This document shows positions 43,745 through 55,257 of a stretch of 64,000 nt of DNA, in pieces. The position numbers were made by a program, and so were the translations under genes. The stretch is from a virus (taxonomy: Duplodnaviria; Caudoviricetes). The notes beneath the pieces are model-generated. The model saw nothing but the letters and a program-made list of their open reading frames with translations. It was not told where the DNA came from and made no database searches. Position 1 is the stretch's first letter, and each line of letters starts with the position of its first letter. The stretch is from IMG/VR virus record IMGVR_UViG_3300028833_000067, positions 112,888-176,887 of that record; one strand, 5' to 3'.

Positions 43745-43960
43745 ATGTTAGAAGATAATAAGTGCTTAATTGGGTCGCCATGTGAACATTGTATAAGTAG
43801 CTGTACATTTAGAATAAGAAAGGATAAAAATATGGAACAAGATAAACATCCATGTGATAATTGTCCACCTCCGCATATGTGCGGTCATTGTACTTTATGT
43901 GAAGAATGGGAAAAAACTCATCCTAAAAAAGAAATCAAAGAAAAATATGAATGGGAATAA
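43745..43960 (+). CDS. Cys-rich small protein
   Basis: ORF track; CxxC clusters. Confidence 0.45.
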   Translation: MLEDNKCLIGSPCEHCISSCTFRIRKDKNMEQDKHPCDNCPPPHMCGHCTLCEEWEKTHPKKEIKEKYEWE

Positions 43961-44002
43961 CCTACGGTCTTGATAAAGACTAAGATGAAAAGGAGAATGA
44001 AA

Positions 44003-45493
44003 ATGAACAAACTACTAAAGAATCTAAAAACTGAAACCAATTATACTCATACTGAAAATGGCGCCCTTACTCATAAGTCGACCCTTAATAAGGTGCTGGA
44101 TATGTTTGCTATGGGCGGTTCTATGCGGAATCGCTCGGACGATGACGTTATTAATATGTTCAAGCAGGCATACGAAGAGAATAAGACTCTCGCACTAAAG
44201 TGCCTCTTCTATATGCGCGATATACGTGGTGGCGCAGGCGAGAGACGTTTTTTCCGCATTTGCATCAAGTGGCTCGCTAATGAGTATCCAGAAGAGATGG
44301 AGCACCTAATTCCTTTCATTAGTGAATATGGCCGCTATGATGATCTTTTTGAGCTATTTGATACTCACTGCGAAGCCGCGATGATGGGATATATCTTTCA
44401 TGTTCTTAATAAGAATGAAGATCATCTTATTTATAAATGGATGCCTTCGATCAACGCATCTTCTAAAGAAAGCAAGATTCGTGGGCGTAAATTCGTGCGT
44501 GAATTTGGCATGACAGAGCGTCAGTATCGTCAGATGCTTTCTGAAGGTCGTAAAGCTTGCCATCTGGTTGAAACTCTTATGAGCCAGAATCAGTGGGATC
44601 AGATTGCGTTTGATCATCTGCCTTCTCGCGCAGGACTTCTTTATAAGAATGCCTTCATGCGCCGTGAAGAAACTAAAGAGCGCTATGCTGAATTTATGTC
44701 CCGCAAGGACGCTAAAGTAAATGCAAGTGTATTGAATCCTGTCGAAATCGCGCACCAGATTCTCAATACATGGCGCACTCCCTCTGCTACTGAACGTCAG
44801 GCTTGGCAGAAGTATTGGGATAATCTAAAAGATTATTACAATGGCCGCGAAGAGCCTGGCATCGCAGTAGTTGATGTAAGTGGTAGTATGAATGGCACTC
44901 CTATGGAAGCCGCAGTTTCTATGGGCGCGTATATTGCCGAACGTGGAAAAGGCCCGTTCCAGAACCACTTTATTACCTTTAGTGCTAATCCACAGCTTGT
45001 AGAATTCGAAGGCGTGGATATTTATGACAAGTTTAAGCGCGCAATAGAAGCAGACTGGGGACAGAATACGAACCTCGAAGCAGTATTTGATATGCTGCTG
45101 GAGACTGGTCTACGTAATCATGTGCCAGACGCTGAAATGCCTAAAACAATTTACATATTTTCAGATATGGAATTTGATGACGGCTTGACTTGCGGCGCAC
45201 GTACCACTGATCGTTGGGGACGCGTTCATTCGATGAATCGCTCACAGATTGATACACTCATTGAAGCCAAAACTAAAGAGTGGATGCGGGCAGGATATAC
45301 AGTACCAAGAGTAATCTTTTGGAATCTTGACGCTCGTCAGCCTAATATTCCAGCTATTGGCCCGGGGTTCTCTTATTGCAGTGGTTTCTCTATGAGTGCG
45401 CTTGAAGGAGTACTCTCTGGTAAAGATGGCGTCGAAATGATGCGAACTGTACTAGAAGGAGAGCGCTATGCGCCAATTTCTAGTGTTCTATAA
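44003..45493 (+). CDS. DUF2828 family TROVE-like + vWA protein (Ro60-related architecture)
   Basis: TENGA, RDIRGGAGER, YGRYDDL, KWMPS; vWA MIDAS DVSGSM, NTNL..VF, SDMEFD, IFWNL. Confidence 0.8.
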   Translation: MNKLLKNLKTETNYTHTENGALTHKSTLNKVLDMFAMGGSMRNRSDDDVINMFKQAYEENKTLALKCLFYMRDIRGGAGERRFFRICIKWLANEYPEEMEHLIPFISEYGRYDDLFELFDTHCEAAMMGYIFHVLNKNEDHLIYKWMPSINASSKESKIRGRKFVREFGMTERQYRQMLSEGRKACHLVETLMSQNQWDQIAFDHLPSRAGLLYKNAFMRREETKERYAEFMSRKDAKVNASVLNPVEIAHQILNTWRTPSATERQAWQKYWDNLKDYYNGREEPGIAVVDVSGSMNGTPMEAAVSMGAYIAERGKGPFQNHFITFSANPQLVEFEGVDIYDKFKRAIEADWGQNTNLEAVFDMLLETGLRNHVPDAEMPKTIYIFSDMEFDDGLTCGARTTDRWGRVHSMNRSQIDTLIEAKTKEWMRAGYTVPRVIFWNLDARQPNIPAIGPGFSYCSGFSMSALEGVLSGKDGVEMMRTVLEGERYAPISSVL

Positions 45494-45580
45494 ATTCTCT
45501 CTTTTTGAAAAGTCAAGCAACTTATTGCTTGACTTTTTTCTTAATTTCGAGTATAATTATTATAGTAAGGAGATGATAGT

Positions 45581-46480
45581 ATGTGGACAGAAGATGAAAT
45601 TTTAGCTATTCCAGATAAAGGCATAGATTGCCGAGGAATAACATATCAAAGAGTCTCTTTATCTTCTCGTATGGAAGATTAGAGCGGTATTATACATGGA
45701 CGTTTATTACCATTATTTCCGATATTAAAACCTAATACTAATAAAAAAGAATGGTTGTGCTTATGCTCATGTGGTAATATAAAAGTAGTAAATAGTTCTA
45801 ATCTAAAGTCTGAAAAAATTACTAGTTGTGGTTGTTTACGCTCTGAAACTACTGCCAATCATATTACTGCGATTAACCATGCTAGAAAAGAAGATTTTAC
45901 TGGTAGAACTATAAAAGACTTATATGTTTTAGAACTAGATAAGGAAATGTCATTTACTCATTCTCAAAATGGGTCAATACATTATTATTGGAAGTGTCAA
46001 TGTACTAATTGTAATAATATTATGTCATTACGCGTTGATACTCTAAAAGATACCAAAAGAGTTTATTGTCGTTTTTGTAATGCCACCAAGTCAGTAGGCG
46101 AAATATTAATTAGAAATCTATTATTACAGAATAATATTCCTTTTACAGAAGAACAAACATTTTCCAATTGTATTTTTCCAGACACTAAAGCTAAAGCTAA
46201 ATTTGATTTTTATGTCAATAATCAATATTTAATAGAGTATGATGGAACTCAACATTTTAGAGCCTCAAGTATGTTTCCTGATATTAGTAAAATTCAAGAA
46301 CATGATTATATAAAGAATTTATGGTGCTATCAGAATAATATACCACTAATTAGGATTCCGTATAGTCATGTAGAAAATATAAAAATAGAAGACTTACGGC
46401 TTGAGACAACTCAGTATAGAATGGAGTATGAAAATGGAAGATTTATTATCAAAAGTAAAGCAACATCACTTTATTGTTAA
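45581..46480 (+). CDS. Homing-type endonuclease (Cys clusters + PD-(D/E)XK/DUF559-like domain)
   Basis: WLCLCSCG...SCGC; FDFYV...IEYDGTQH...LIRIPY; extended through one TAG. Confidence 0.7.
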
Positions 46481-47201
46481 AAAACATTTACCCGAAACCA
46501 GCCCCGTAATGACGGTATTAATAGGTTCGAACAATTATGAATTAGATACTCCCGAAAGTGATGTAGATACTTTTACATTTGTCTTTCCTAGTTTTAAGGA
46601 TATGGCGTTCGCGCGCGATCCTATCAGTGGAGAAGTTGAGGTAGCCGATGGAAAATGTATGTATAAAGATATTCGTCTTGCTCTAAATCTGCTCAAGAAG
46701 ACTTCTCCTAATAGTCTTGAATGCTTTGCTAGTAAGCATCGTTATTATGAGCCAAAATATGCTAGTATTTTAACAAAGTATTTAGATAATGAAAATACAC
46801 TAAATAAAATGGTTCATTGCAACTATGAACATATGCTTTACGCAATGGCGGGAATGGCTCATTAGCTTACTAAACGCAATATGTCCGCAGGAAAACGTTA
46901 TTCACACGCGCTACGGCTTTATAGTATGAAAGATAACTTCTTAAATTTTACAGATACTTTTCAGCTGCTTAAACTCTTACCGCGCGATTATCAAGAGGCA
47001 CTTCATGCAAAGCGTGATACTATGGAGTCGCATGATGCATACTACAATGATGGATGCGTAAGTATTGCAAATATTCTAGACGATTGCCGTGATAAATTTA
47101 AAAAGACTTCTATTCAGCATGCAATTGAAATAGAAGGCTTTAAACTAATTGAAGAAATGCAACAAGAATTGATGCATTACTATATTAAATATATTTTATA
47201 A
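46428..47201 (+). CDS. Pol-beta-superfamily nucleotidyltransferase (RlaP/YcgL-like)
   Basis: GSNNYELDTPESDVD; ORFs 46401 and 46881 joined through TAG. Confidence 0.7.
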
Positions 47202-47212
47202 GAGGAGTTAAA

Positions 47213-47617
47213 ATGGAACTAGATATCCACGAAGGAAAACGAGTACTATATAAGCATAATGGTCAGTGGAAAGTTGGCGAACTTACTGAAGCACATAATA
47301 CTAAACTTACTAATAAAGGACTTTATCTTTCTATTATTCCAAAAGAATTTATTGGTCAAGATGCTTCATATTTGCATGATGCAGAAATAAATGATATTTT
47401 TCTAGACGCAACGCCCGTAGAAGACTATTGGCGCGATTACAAAGATATTTTCATGACCAAAGAAGAATATATTAAGTTTATTGAAAGTGAAGACTTTATT
47501 AAAGCTTCCGAACAGGCTTATGTATCAGATGGAGAATATTATTATTATCCTATAAGTAAATATAATAAAAATTGGATTGAAAAACAACCATTTGAATATG
47601 TAGTAAGGATGGTATAA
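47213..47617 (+). CDS. Hypothetical protein
   Basis: GAGGAG RBS; ORF track. Confidence 0.7.
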   Translation: MELDIHEGKRVLYKHNGQWKVGELTEAHNTKLTNKGLYLSIIPKEFIGQDASYLHDAEINDIFLDATPVEDYWRDYKDIFMTKEEYIKFIESEDFIKASEQAYVSDGEYYYYPISKYNKNWIEKQPFEYVVRMV

Positions 47618-47826
47618 TGAAAAGAGTAATTGAATTAGAAGATTTACCTGCTTTCAAAAATGTTTTTTCTATAAAAGTTCGCAACGGTGAAGATGGATTA
47701 GATAATTTAATGTGTTCATTTAAAATTAAAGATGACCCGCTTATATATCTATATCCAATTCTTAACTGGCTTGATTTAAAAATTCCATTAGATAATTTTG
47801 AATTTTTTAATTTTTATCAACCTTAA
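47617..47826 (+). CDS. Hypothetical protein
   Basis: Coupled ORF. Confidence 0.6.
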   Translation: MKRVIELEDLPAFKNVFSIKVRNGEDGLDNLMCSFKIKDDPLIYLYPILNWLDLKIPLDNFEFFNFYQP

Positions 47827-47888
47827 TGGTTGATTTTTTTTTAATTTATGATATAATAATTATAGAAAATGAGAAAGGAAGTAAGAAA

Positions 47889-48611
47889 ATGCCTGTAGCG
47901 AAAACGTATAGTAAGTTAGAACTTAGCGGCGAGCCATTTAAAGAAAATGGACGTATGTATGTCAACGTTATCGCACCAAAAGGCATTAAGAAAGTACGTT
48001 GGTATACAGATTCTGAATATCAGCGGATGTATCCAACTGAACAAAAAGAAAATGATATAATGGATTTTAATGCTCGTTATGCTTTTGGCTTTCGTGAGCC
48101 TGGGTATATAACGATTTATCGCGGCGATGAAAATCTTCTCGAAAGGTTCGTTGAATCTCATCATACATCATTTTGGCGCAATCTTACTTTTAATTACTAT
48201 ACTCCTTCTCATATTGAAGTTCCAGAACTTCCTAAAGGAATCGAAGCTATTCAACTTAAATGGGAAGAAGTACAAGATCATGATGATAGGATGAAACCAC
48301 ATGAAGAAGTGGCTAAATATATTGCCGATCATTATAGTAGCACTATTAATAATATTAGTACCTATCAAGGACAAGAAAATGATTGGCTTGAAAAAGAAGT
48401 TACTATTACAAAAAATACAAAGCGTGAAGATCATTTCGGTGAAAAGCATACGCATATTATGTGCGATACCGAAGATAATATCTATGTATGGGAGACAGGC
48501 GCCAAGAATTTTGAAGTTGGTATGGTTATTAACTTAAGGATGAAAGTAAAGGCGCATAAAGAAATTAATGGAGAGAAATGTACTATTGTTTGGTACTGTA
48601 AGGAGTTTTAA
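47889..48611 (+). CDS. Hypothetical protein with OB-fold-like C-terminus
   Basis: AGGA RBS; track ORF 47826 trimmed to ATG 47889. Confidence 0.65.
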   Translation: MPVAKTYSKLELSGEPFKENGRMYVNVIAPKGIKKVRWYTDSEYQRMYPTEQKENDIMDFNARYAFGFREPGYITIYRGDENLLERFVESHHTSFWRNLTFNYYTPSHIEVPELPKGIEAIQLKWEEVQDHDDRMKPHEEVAKYIADHYSSTINNISTYQGQENDWLEKEVTITKNTKREDHFGEKHTHIMCDTEDNIYVWETGAKNFEVGMVINLRMKVKAHKEINGEKCTIVWYCKEF

Positions 48612-48818
48612 ATGAAAATGTTATATTCACGCTATGCAGGATGGATCGCGCGATGTCCATGTTGCTATGCTATTATTGGATATGGGCCTGATGACGTGCC
48701 AAAGACACAAATAATAAATTGCCCACAGTGCGCTACCCCAATTTGGGTTCCTTTTGACCCAACATATAATGGAATAATTAAAGAAGAGGAGAAAGATAAG
48801 AATGAAACTGTGGTTTGA
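48612..48818 (+). CDS. Zn-ribbon protein
   Basis: CPCC...CPQC. Confidence 0.6.
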   Translation: MKMLYSRYAGWIARCPCCYAIIGYGPDDVPKTQIINCPQCATPIWVPFDPTYNGIIKEEEKDKNETVV

Positions 48819-49077
48819 AAATTCTGATGGAAATGAAAGGCTTATCGCTGACTGCCGCGATTGGAAAGATGTTAATGAAACAATTGATGATTTTATCGAA
48901 AATTGTAATGCACGAAAGATTGCTGCGGCAATAGATAAGCATGGCAATGACTTTGATATTTCTAAAGTACCACTTTTTAAACGCTATTATACTCGAACTT
49001 GGAAGCAAGATGATGGGCGAACTAAAATAGATGTAGGATCACATACTGAATTTTTTATAACGCAGGAGGAAGAATGA
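48802..49077 (+). CDS. Hypothetical protein
   Basis: DVGSHTEFF C-terminal motif; RBS. Confidence 0.65.
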   Translation: MKLWFENSDGNERLIADCRDWKDVNETIDDFIENCNARKIAAAIDKHGNDFDISKVPLFKRYYTRTWKQDDGRTKIDVGSHTEFFITQEEE

Positions 49078-49340
49078 TAGTTAAAGCCGCAGTTCGTATA
49101 GCAGATTTGCGCCAAAATAAAGAAGTTATTATTCCATGTATGAGACATTGTGATGCCTTTTATATTCTTCATGAACTTGGATATAAGAAAAACATTGATT
49201 ATAAAGAATTAGATCAAGGGTTTATTGATGAAAATGGTATTTTTTATAATCGTATAGCAGCATATAAACATGCTTGGGCACATAAACAATTAAAGGAAGA
49301 ATATAATGTACAACCGCTCTTTAGTGAAGATTTGTGGTGA
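49074..49340 (+). CDS. Hypothetical phage protein
   Basis: RHCD...QGFIDENG.F.NR..A...LFSEDLW. Confidence 0.7.
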   Translation: MIVKAAVRIADLRQNKEVIIPCMRHCDAFYILHELGYKKNIDYKELDQGFIDENGIFYNRIAAYKHAWAHKQLKEEYNVQPLFSEDLW

Positions 49341-49349
49341 GGTAAGAAA

Positions 49350-49556
49350 ATGTGTGATTATGAATCATGGATATATACAAAAATTGAAGATGTTATTTTT
49401 GAACATCATCTAATGGATGAAATTTATGAATTTTATCATACAGAAGATACTACAGATAAAATCGTAAAGGGACGTTTAGGAAATAAAACTAAGTTTTACC
49501 GTGTGTGGCGTACAATTGGTGAAGAATGGGTATTTAAGGAAATAGAGTATGAGTAA
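49350..49556 (+). CDS. Hypothetical protein (paralogue of next)
   Basis: ORF track; similar pattern to 49549..49761. Confidence 0.6.
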   Translation: MCDYESWIYTKIEDVIFEHHLMDEIYEFYHTEDTTDKIVKGRLGNKTKFYRVWRTIGEEWVFKEIEYE

Positions 49557-49761
49557 TGAAATGCATGATTATTTATATGATAAAATATGTGAAGTTGTTT
49601 TAGAATATGGAACAATGGATACGATAGAAGAAGTATGTTCTACTTCATATTCTGCGCGCAACTATGTATATGGTTGGAAGAATGGGCAAAGAGTTGTATT
49701 AATGGTTTGGTTTGATGATGAGTTAGGCGAATGGCGAATTGAACATAGAGAAAGTAATTGA
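49549..49761 (+). CDS. Hypothetical protein
   Basis: ORF track. Confidence 0.6.
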   Translation: MSNEMHDYLYDKICEVVLEYGTMDTIEEVCSTSYSARNYVYGWKNGQRVVLMVWFDDELGEWRIEHRESN

Positions 49762-49806
49762 CATTTTTTAAATTTATGATATAATTATTATGTAAGAAAG
49801 AGAGGA

Positions 49807-51024
49807 GTGAAAAATATGTTGAACGCAGCTTCTGAGCGCGAACTTGCTTATGTAGTAATTGTAGATGGAATTGAACCTATTCCTGGTTATGACCGCGTAG
49901 AACACGCAATTGTTGGCGGCTGGCGTGTAATTGTGCAGAAAGGCCAGTTTAAAGTGGGCGATCCCGCTATTTATTTTGAAATTGATTCTCGTGTTCCTTC
50001 TGATAAGGAATGTTTTGCTTTCCTTGAGAAGCGCAATTATAAAGTTAAGACTTTGAAGATGTGCAAAACTATTTCTCAGGGCTTGCTTATGCATCCCTCT
50101 GATTTTGGTTGGCATGTTACTCTTCAGGGTGAAATTGATGACGGGGAGCAGATTCATACTCCTGTAGATGAATCGCGCTTTCTTACTAAGCAGTTGGGTG
50201 TAACTTATGCAGATGAAGAAGATAATGCTCGTAAGGCTGCACCAGTTGATAAGTATAAGAAAATGGCTCAGCGGCATGCAGTTATCTTTAAAAAGCCTTG
50301 GGCACGTTGGATGATGCGTCGTGAATGGGGCCGTAAGATTATGTTTTTCTTCTTTGGTAAGAAGAAAGATAAGAAGAATGGATGGCCTTCTTGGGTACAA
50401 AAAACAGATGAAGAGAGAATAGAGAATATGCCTTTTGTGCTTCAGAATAAGCATCCTTGGATAGTTACTGAGAAATGCGATGGTTCCAGCACTACTTTCA
50501 CCATGAAACGTAGAAAGTTCAAAAAGAAAGATTTCTACGTTTGTTCTCGGAATGTTTGTTTTGATAGCGTAGATAAGCCTTGTTATTATGATACTAACAT
50601 TTATTGGGAAATGGCACAGAAATATCATATGTTTGAAGTTCTTTCACAGCTCCTTGATATTTTACCCGCGGCTGAATGGGTGACTATTCAGGGCGAAACT
50701 TATGGTGAAGGAGTTCAGCGTAATACTTATGGACTTAATGGTCATGATTTTATGGCTTTTAACTTGATTACTTCTGATAAAGGCCGCTGGAATAGTTGTG
50801 ATATGAAGGAGATCCTTGAAAAGGGTTACAATATTCCTTGCGTGCCTATTCTCAATGATAATTATATCCTTCCTGATACTGTAGAAGAACTTCGTGAATA
50901 TGTAAATAGCCAGCCTTCAGTTATTGATGGTGAGATGAAAGAAGGTATTGTATGCCGGTCTCCTGATGGTATTCATTCTTTCAAGTGCGTCTCTCCAGAG
51001 TACCTACTCAAATATCATAGCTAA
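49807..51024 (+). CDS. ATP-dependent RNA ligase (DRB0094/Rnl2-like, N-terminal OB domain)
   Basis: IEPIPGYDRVE; KTDEERIEN; motif I TEKCDGSS; QGETYG; FMAFN; EGIV; FKCVSPEYLL. Confidence 0.85.
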   Translation: MKNMLNAASERELAYVVIVDGIEPIPGYDRVEHAIVGGWRVIVQKGQFKVGDPAIYFEIDSRVPSDKECFAFLEKRNYKVKTLKMCKTISQGLLMHPSDFGWHVTLQGEIDDGEQIHTPVDESRFLTKQLGVTYADEEDNARKAAPVDKYKKMAQRHAVIFKKPWARWMMRREWGRKIMFFFFGKKKDKKNGWPSWVQKTDEERIENMPFVLQNKHPWIVTEKCDGSSTTFTMKRRKFKKKDFYVCSRNVCFDSVDKPCYYDTNIYWEMAQKYHMFEVLSQLLDILPAAEWVTIQGETYGEGVQRNTYGLNGHDFMAFNLITSDKGRWNSCDMKEILEKGYNIPCVPILNDNYILPDTVEELREYVNSQPSVIDGEMKEGIVCRSPDGIHSFKCVSPEYLLKYHS

Positions 51025-51034
51025 GGAGTAAATA

Positions 51035-51241
51035 ATGACTGTTAAAGAATTGCGTGAAGTTATTTCTAAATATGATGATGATAAAGAAATTAACATTATG
51101 ATTGAAGATGTACATGGACTTCAATCTCCATTACATATGGCGCTTGCTCCACTTCAATATCATGGATTACTAAATGATGGAAAAGTATTTCTTGGCGGTT
51201 ATGATTTTTATAAAGGTGAAAATATAGATGACAAAAGCTGA
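51035..51241 (+). CDS. Hypothetical protein
   Basis: MTVKELREVI start; RBS. Confidence 0.65.
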   Translation: MTVKELREVISKYDDDKEINIMIEDVHGLQSPLHMALAPLQYHGLLNDGKVFLGGYDFYKGENIDDKS

Positions 51242-51398
51242 AGTAATTCATATATTAGAAATCGAACGTGAATGCATTAGCCGTGATTGTGATCGCAATT
51301 GCGGCCAATGCGATTTGGTTCAAGAGCAAGAAACACTTCTTAAAGTATATGATGAAGCTATTAGATTATTGGAGCGAATGGAATATGGTAATAAGTAA
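51228..51398 (+). CDS. Small Cys-containing protein
   Basis: MTKAEVIHILEIERECI..CDRNCGQCDLV. Confidence 0.55.
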   Translation: MTKAEVIHILEIERECISRDCDRNCGQCDLVQEQETLLKVYDEAIRLLERMEYGNK

Positions 51399-51600
51399 AT
51401 ATAGTTTTCCCTTGCCAAACAACGGAGATAGATATGATTTATCTCAAAATGAACTTGTAGAACTATTAGATAATGCTTATAATTGTGGTTTTGAACATGC
51501 AAGGGATGCTTATGATCCCTCGCGACAAGGCACAATAACTTGGGCATCATCTGAAGATAAAGATGATAATACTAAATGGGATAAGGAGTGGATAAAATGA
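51385..51600 (+). CDS. Hypothetical protein
   Basis: 3' part of track ORF 51268 with GGAG RBS. Confidence 0.5.
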   Translation: MVISKYSFPLPNNGDRYDLSQNELVELLDNAYNCGFEHARDAYDPSRQGTITWASSEDKDDNTKWDKEWIK

Positions 51601-51737
51601 GTGAATATGCTAAGTATCTCAGATGGATATACCGTCGGAACCTATTGAAAGCCCGCGGTGAAGAAGTAAATCGTGGTATTATTGCTAAATTGAATCGTAA
51701 AATTCGGCAGTATGAGGGTTCCCATCCGGAACCCTAA
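51597..51737 (+). CDS. Small basic protein
   Basis: AGGAG RBS; ATGA overlap. Confidence 0.5.
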   Translation: MSEYAKYLRWIYRRNLLKARGEEVNRGIIAKLNRKIRQYEGSHPEP

Positions 51738-51799
51738 TTTTTATTTGACTTTTTATATATTTTAGTGTATAATTTTTATACAAGAAGAGAGGTGAGATT

Positions 51800-52633
51800 A
51801 TGCATGATGTCTTTTTTTTCACGGATATTCATGGTTGTCGTCTATTATTTGATGCTATTATGAAATATTGTTATGAAATGGAGGACACACCTTGGATTAT
51901 ATTTGGCGGTGATGCAATTGACCGCGGACCAGATGGATATAATATTATGAAGCAACTTCTAGATGACCCACATATTACATATTTAATGGGTAATCATGAA
52001 GATATGTTCACAAAAGCGGCGCGAGAAATTAAACAGATGTTTAATTTTGAAAATGCAGATCGAGATCGAGTGAAAACGGTTCTTTCTGCTTGTAAGAATT
52101 TTGATTATAGATACACCGCTATTCAAGATTCATTATATAATGGTGGTATGTCGACTCTATTAGATTGGATTATGGATGGAATGCCAATGGATTTAATTGA
52201 ACGTATTGAAAAATTGCCGCGCACAATTAGTATTGGTAATCGAGATTTTTGTCATAGCGGTGGACTATATAATACATTTAAGCGTGTTGCTGACTGTGAA
52301 TATGATAATCTTCCAATAGATCCATGGACCGGTGATGCAATAATATGGAACCGATCTGCATTAAATATAGGTTGGGCGCCAAATCGTATAGCAATTTTTG
52401 GGCATACACCTACTCCGTACCTCCCAGATTATATTGATATTCAAGTTAATAAAATTCAGCCAATTAAATACGCGCCTACTAGTAATCCAGCGTATACTGG
52501 TGAAAAATTAGATATGGATACTGGTGCAGCTTTTACTGGTCGTGCTTTTGTTTTAAATGTACTTACAATGCAAGCGCAAGGATTTGAATTGAAAGATAAT
52601 CAAGTTGAAAAAATTGAAGTGATTCAGTTTTAA
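51800..52633 (+). CDS. Ser/Thr protein phosphatase-type metallophosphoesterase
   Basis: DIHG, GDAIDRGPD, GNHE, FGHTPT, DTGA. Confidence 0.85.
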   Translation: MHDVFFFTDIHGCRLLFDAIMKYCYEMEDTPWIIFGGDAIDRGPDGYNIMKQLLDDPHITYLMGNHEDMFTKAAREIKQMFNFENADRDRVKTVLSACKNFDYRYTAIQDSLYNGGMSTLLDWIMDGMPMDLIERIEKLPRTISIGNRDFCHSGGLYNTFKRVADCEYDNLPIDPWTGDAIIWNRSALNIGWAPNRIAIFGHTPTPYLPDYIDIQVNKIQPIKYAPTSNPAYTGEKLDMDTGAAFTGRAFVLNVLTMQAQGFELKDNQVEKIEVIQF

Positions 52634-52701
52634 TAAAAATACATATTTTTATAGAGGAAAAGCCATCAATTTTGATGGCTTATTTTAATGGAGGTGACAC
52701 A

Positions 52702-54723
52702 ATGGCCAGAAATTTAAATCCACATTATTTTACTTATGGTATTCCAGCATTTAATGCAGCTCATAAATTTGTATACATGAATGATTTATTAAATACTGGT
52801 AATAATAGTCCTTGGGTCGCTGCATTAAAAGAAAATTTATATGCTTCTGCAAGTGAAATGGTTGCTTCAGTTGGCGCTGATATAGGAGCAAAAGATAGTT
52901 CTATTATTTAGTCCGCATTGACTTTTTTAAGCAATGCTGCTGAAAGTGAGCGTTTAAAAGAATTAACTGTTATTAAAGAATATCGTGATTCATTAAAAAA
53001 AGCTTTACCTAATAATAAAAAATTGAATACTTTTTTGAAGCAATTAGATGCCGGAGCATTAGATAATCCAAAAAATCTTACTTCATTTTACATTGAGTTA
53101 ACAAATTATTTAAATGTAATACGTTCATCTACAAAAGATTTTCGTAAACGTTTAGAAAATCTTAAAAAACATAGTAAAGTAAAAATGAAAGATTTGGCAA
53201 AAGATGATTATCGTTTTCGCGCCGCTGGTGATACGTAGGCATTATTAAATAATATTACTGGACGAGCAACACGCGCATAGGAGCGCCTTGCAGATAGTTA
53301 TGCTTCAAGAATACGATAGGCAGCAAAAGATTTTGTTGTATCGTCTGGATTAATTGAAATGTTAACTTCTGGAGAAGATATCGCCGCAGCTATTGCAGTA
53401 GTCGCTTTAGATATGCAACAAAAAATGCAAGAGGAAGTTGATAAAAACAATTTAATGGATTTAACAGAAATTAGTTCGGATACTTTTAATGCAATTATTA
53501 CAAACTATAATAATACTAGCCAACAGTACTAGAGTAATTTATAGCACGCTATTAATGAAGATAAAACAGAATTACGTAATATTCTTAATGCTGCTCGTAC
53601 TATTTTAAATATTGAAAGTGTAGAAAGTGGTCGCAGTAGAGCTAATAAAGATAATATTATTAATAAACGAAAACGTGAGTTATCAGAAGAGCATAATTTA
53701 AATAAATAGCTTATTAAAGAATTTCAAAATAATCAAGCAGTTCAAAATTTAAAATATATTGAATTTAATGTTGGCGCAAAGTCTAGTGCACATGGCAACT
53801 TATTTGAATTAATTAATATTATTTAGGATGGAAATAGTATTAAAATACGTGGAGCCACTGGTGCCGACATATTACATTTGGGTTCAATTTTAGTAGATAT
53901 AAATAAACCAGATATTAAAAATCAATTAATGCCAGCGCTATCACAAATTGAATCTATTCTAACTAAATATGAGCAAGAATAGCGAAAAAATAGATTTGAT
54001 GATAGAACCGAATAGGAAATTGCTATGAATGATGAAATTCAAGCAGTTATTAATCAATTAGATTAGGATATAAAAGATTTAGAACTACCAATTAATAACT
54101 TATTCGTTTATCATGAAAGTTTAAAATTATATAAATCTGCTGAAACAAATGATATGGGTGGATTCCATGGACGTGAATTAACTATTATGAACTATTTAGA
54201 TAAAATATATAGTGCTAATGGTTTAGCAAAACTAACATTACCTTAGCGTGATGCATTAGATTTTTTATCAATGAATTTATCATCCTTGGCGGTTGGCGGT
54301 CAATTAAAAGGAACTATGGAATAGTATCTTTCAATATTTGCTGGACTATTAATGTTTGATGACGTTAGATTAATTGCAGAAAATGCCGCATAGTAGTTAT
54401 CAAAAGAGGGTACTGGATTAGGAATTACTAAATAGATTCATTTATATAATTTAAATGGAGTATATGTACCAGCTTCTATGCTATTAAGTTTTACATATGA
54501 AGGCATGAAAGATATTAGTCATTAGGTTATTAATGGGTAGGCAGCGAGAGCTACTATTAGTACCACTGCGGTGGATAACGCAATTTCATCCTATTTAACT
54601 AATAGACCATTACCAATTATAGCGCAATGGTAGTCTGTAGCCGAAACTGCTGCAAGTGGAACCAAAGTTCGTATTACAATTCTAGCAGCTTTTAATGAAT
54701 TTTTAAAAAATTTAGGAGTATAA
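52702..54723 (+). CDS. Large hypothetical protein (~673 aa), TAG-rich
   Basis: GGAGG RBS; ORFs 52672 and 52918 in frame; open to TAA 54721 only with TAG as sense. Confidence 0.7.
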
Positions 54724-54767
54724 TACCAATTGGTATTTATATATTTCTTCCAAAGGAGGTGATACCA

Positions 54768-55208
54768 ATGTCCAAAATAGGCGACTTCTTCAAATATTTC
54801 AAGAACAGATATGATGAAGAGCAAAAACGATTAATGCGTATGGATAAATTTCTCGATAAAGCCGAAAAGAATAGTGAAACATTATAGGGAGTAGTAAACT
54901 CAGTCGATAAAATGAGCGGCTAGATTGCAGAAATTCAAACTAAAGTCGATAATCTTCAAAATCATATTACTCATATTGATGGAAGACTTGCAATTATTGG
55001 AGAAGGCACAAAAATGGAACTATTTGATACATTATATAATTGGAAGAAAATTCTAGTAGATGAGCGTAAATGGGCTTCCGCGGCAGAGAAAAAGGAAGTC
55101 AGCGACATTTACCAAGTCTATCATGAAGGTTTAAATGGAAATGGGCAAGGCAAAGTTTATTATGATTAGATTATTAACTTGCCTGAAACGCCGCCCGCAA
55201 ATAGTTGA
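54768..55208 (+). CDS. Coiled-coil protein with YH.L.GNG motif (holin-associated type)
   Basis: AGGAGG RBS; three TAG. Confidence 0.6.
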
Positions 55209-55257
55209 CTTTTTTCTTAAATTAAGTTATAATTAATTTAAGTAAAAGGAGGATAAA

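Noticed and set aside
49774-50628. 284-aa minus-strand ORF
   Set aside because: Antisense to the RNA ligase gene, with no recognisable motifs or RBS.
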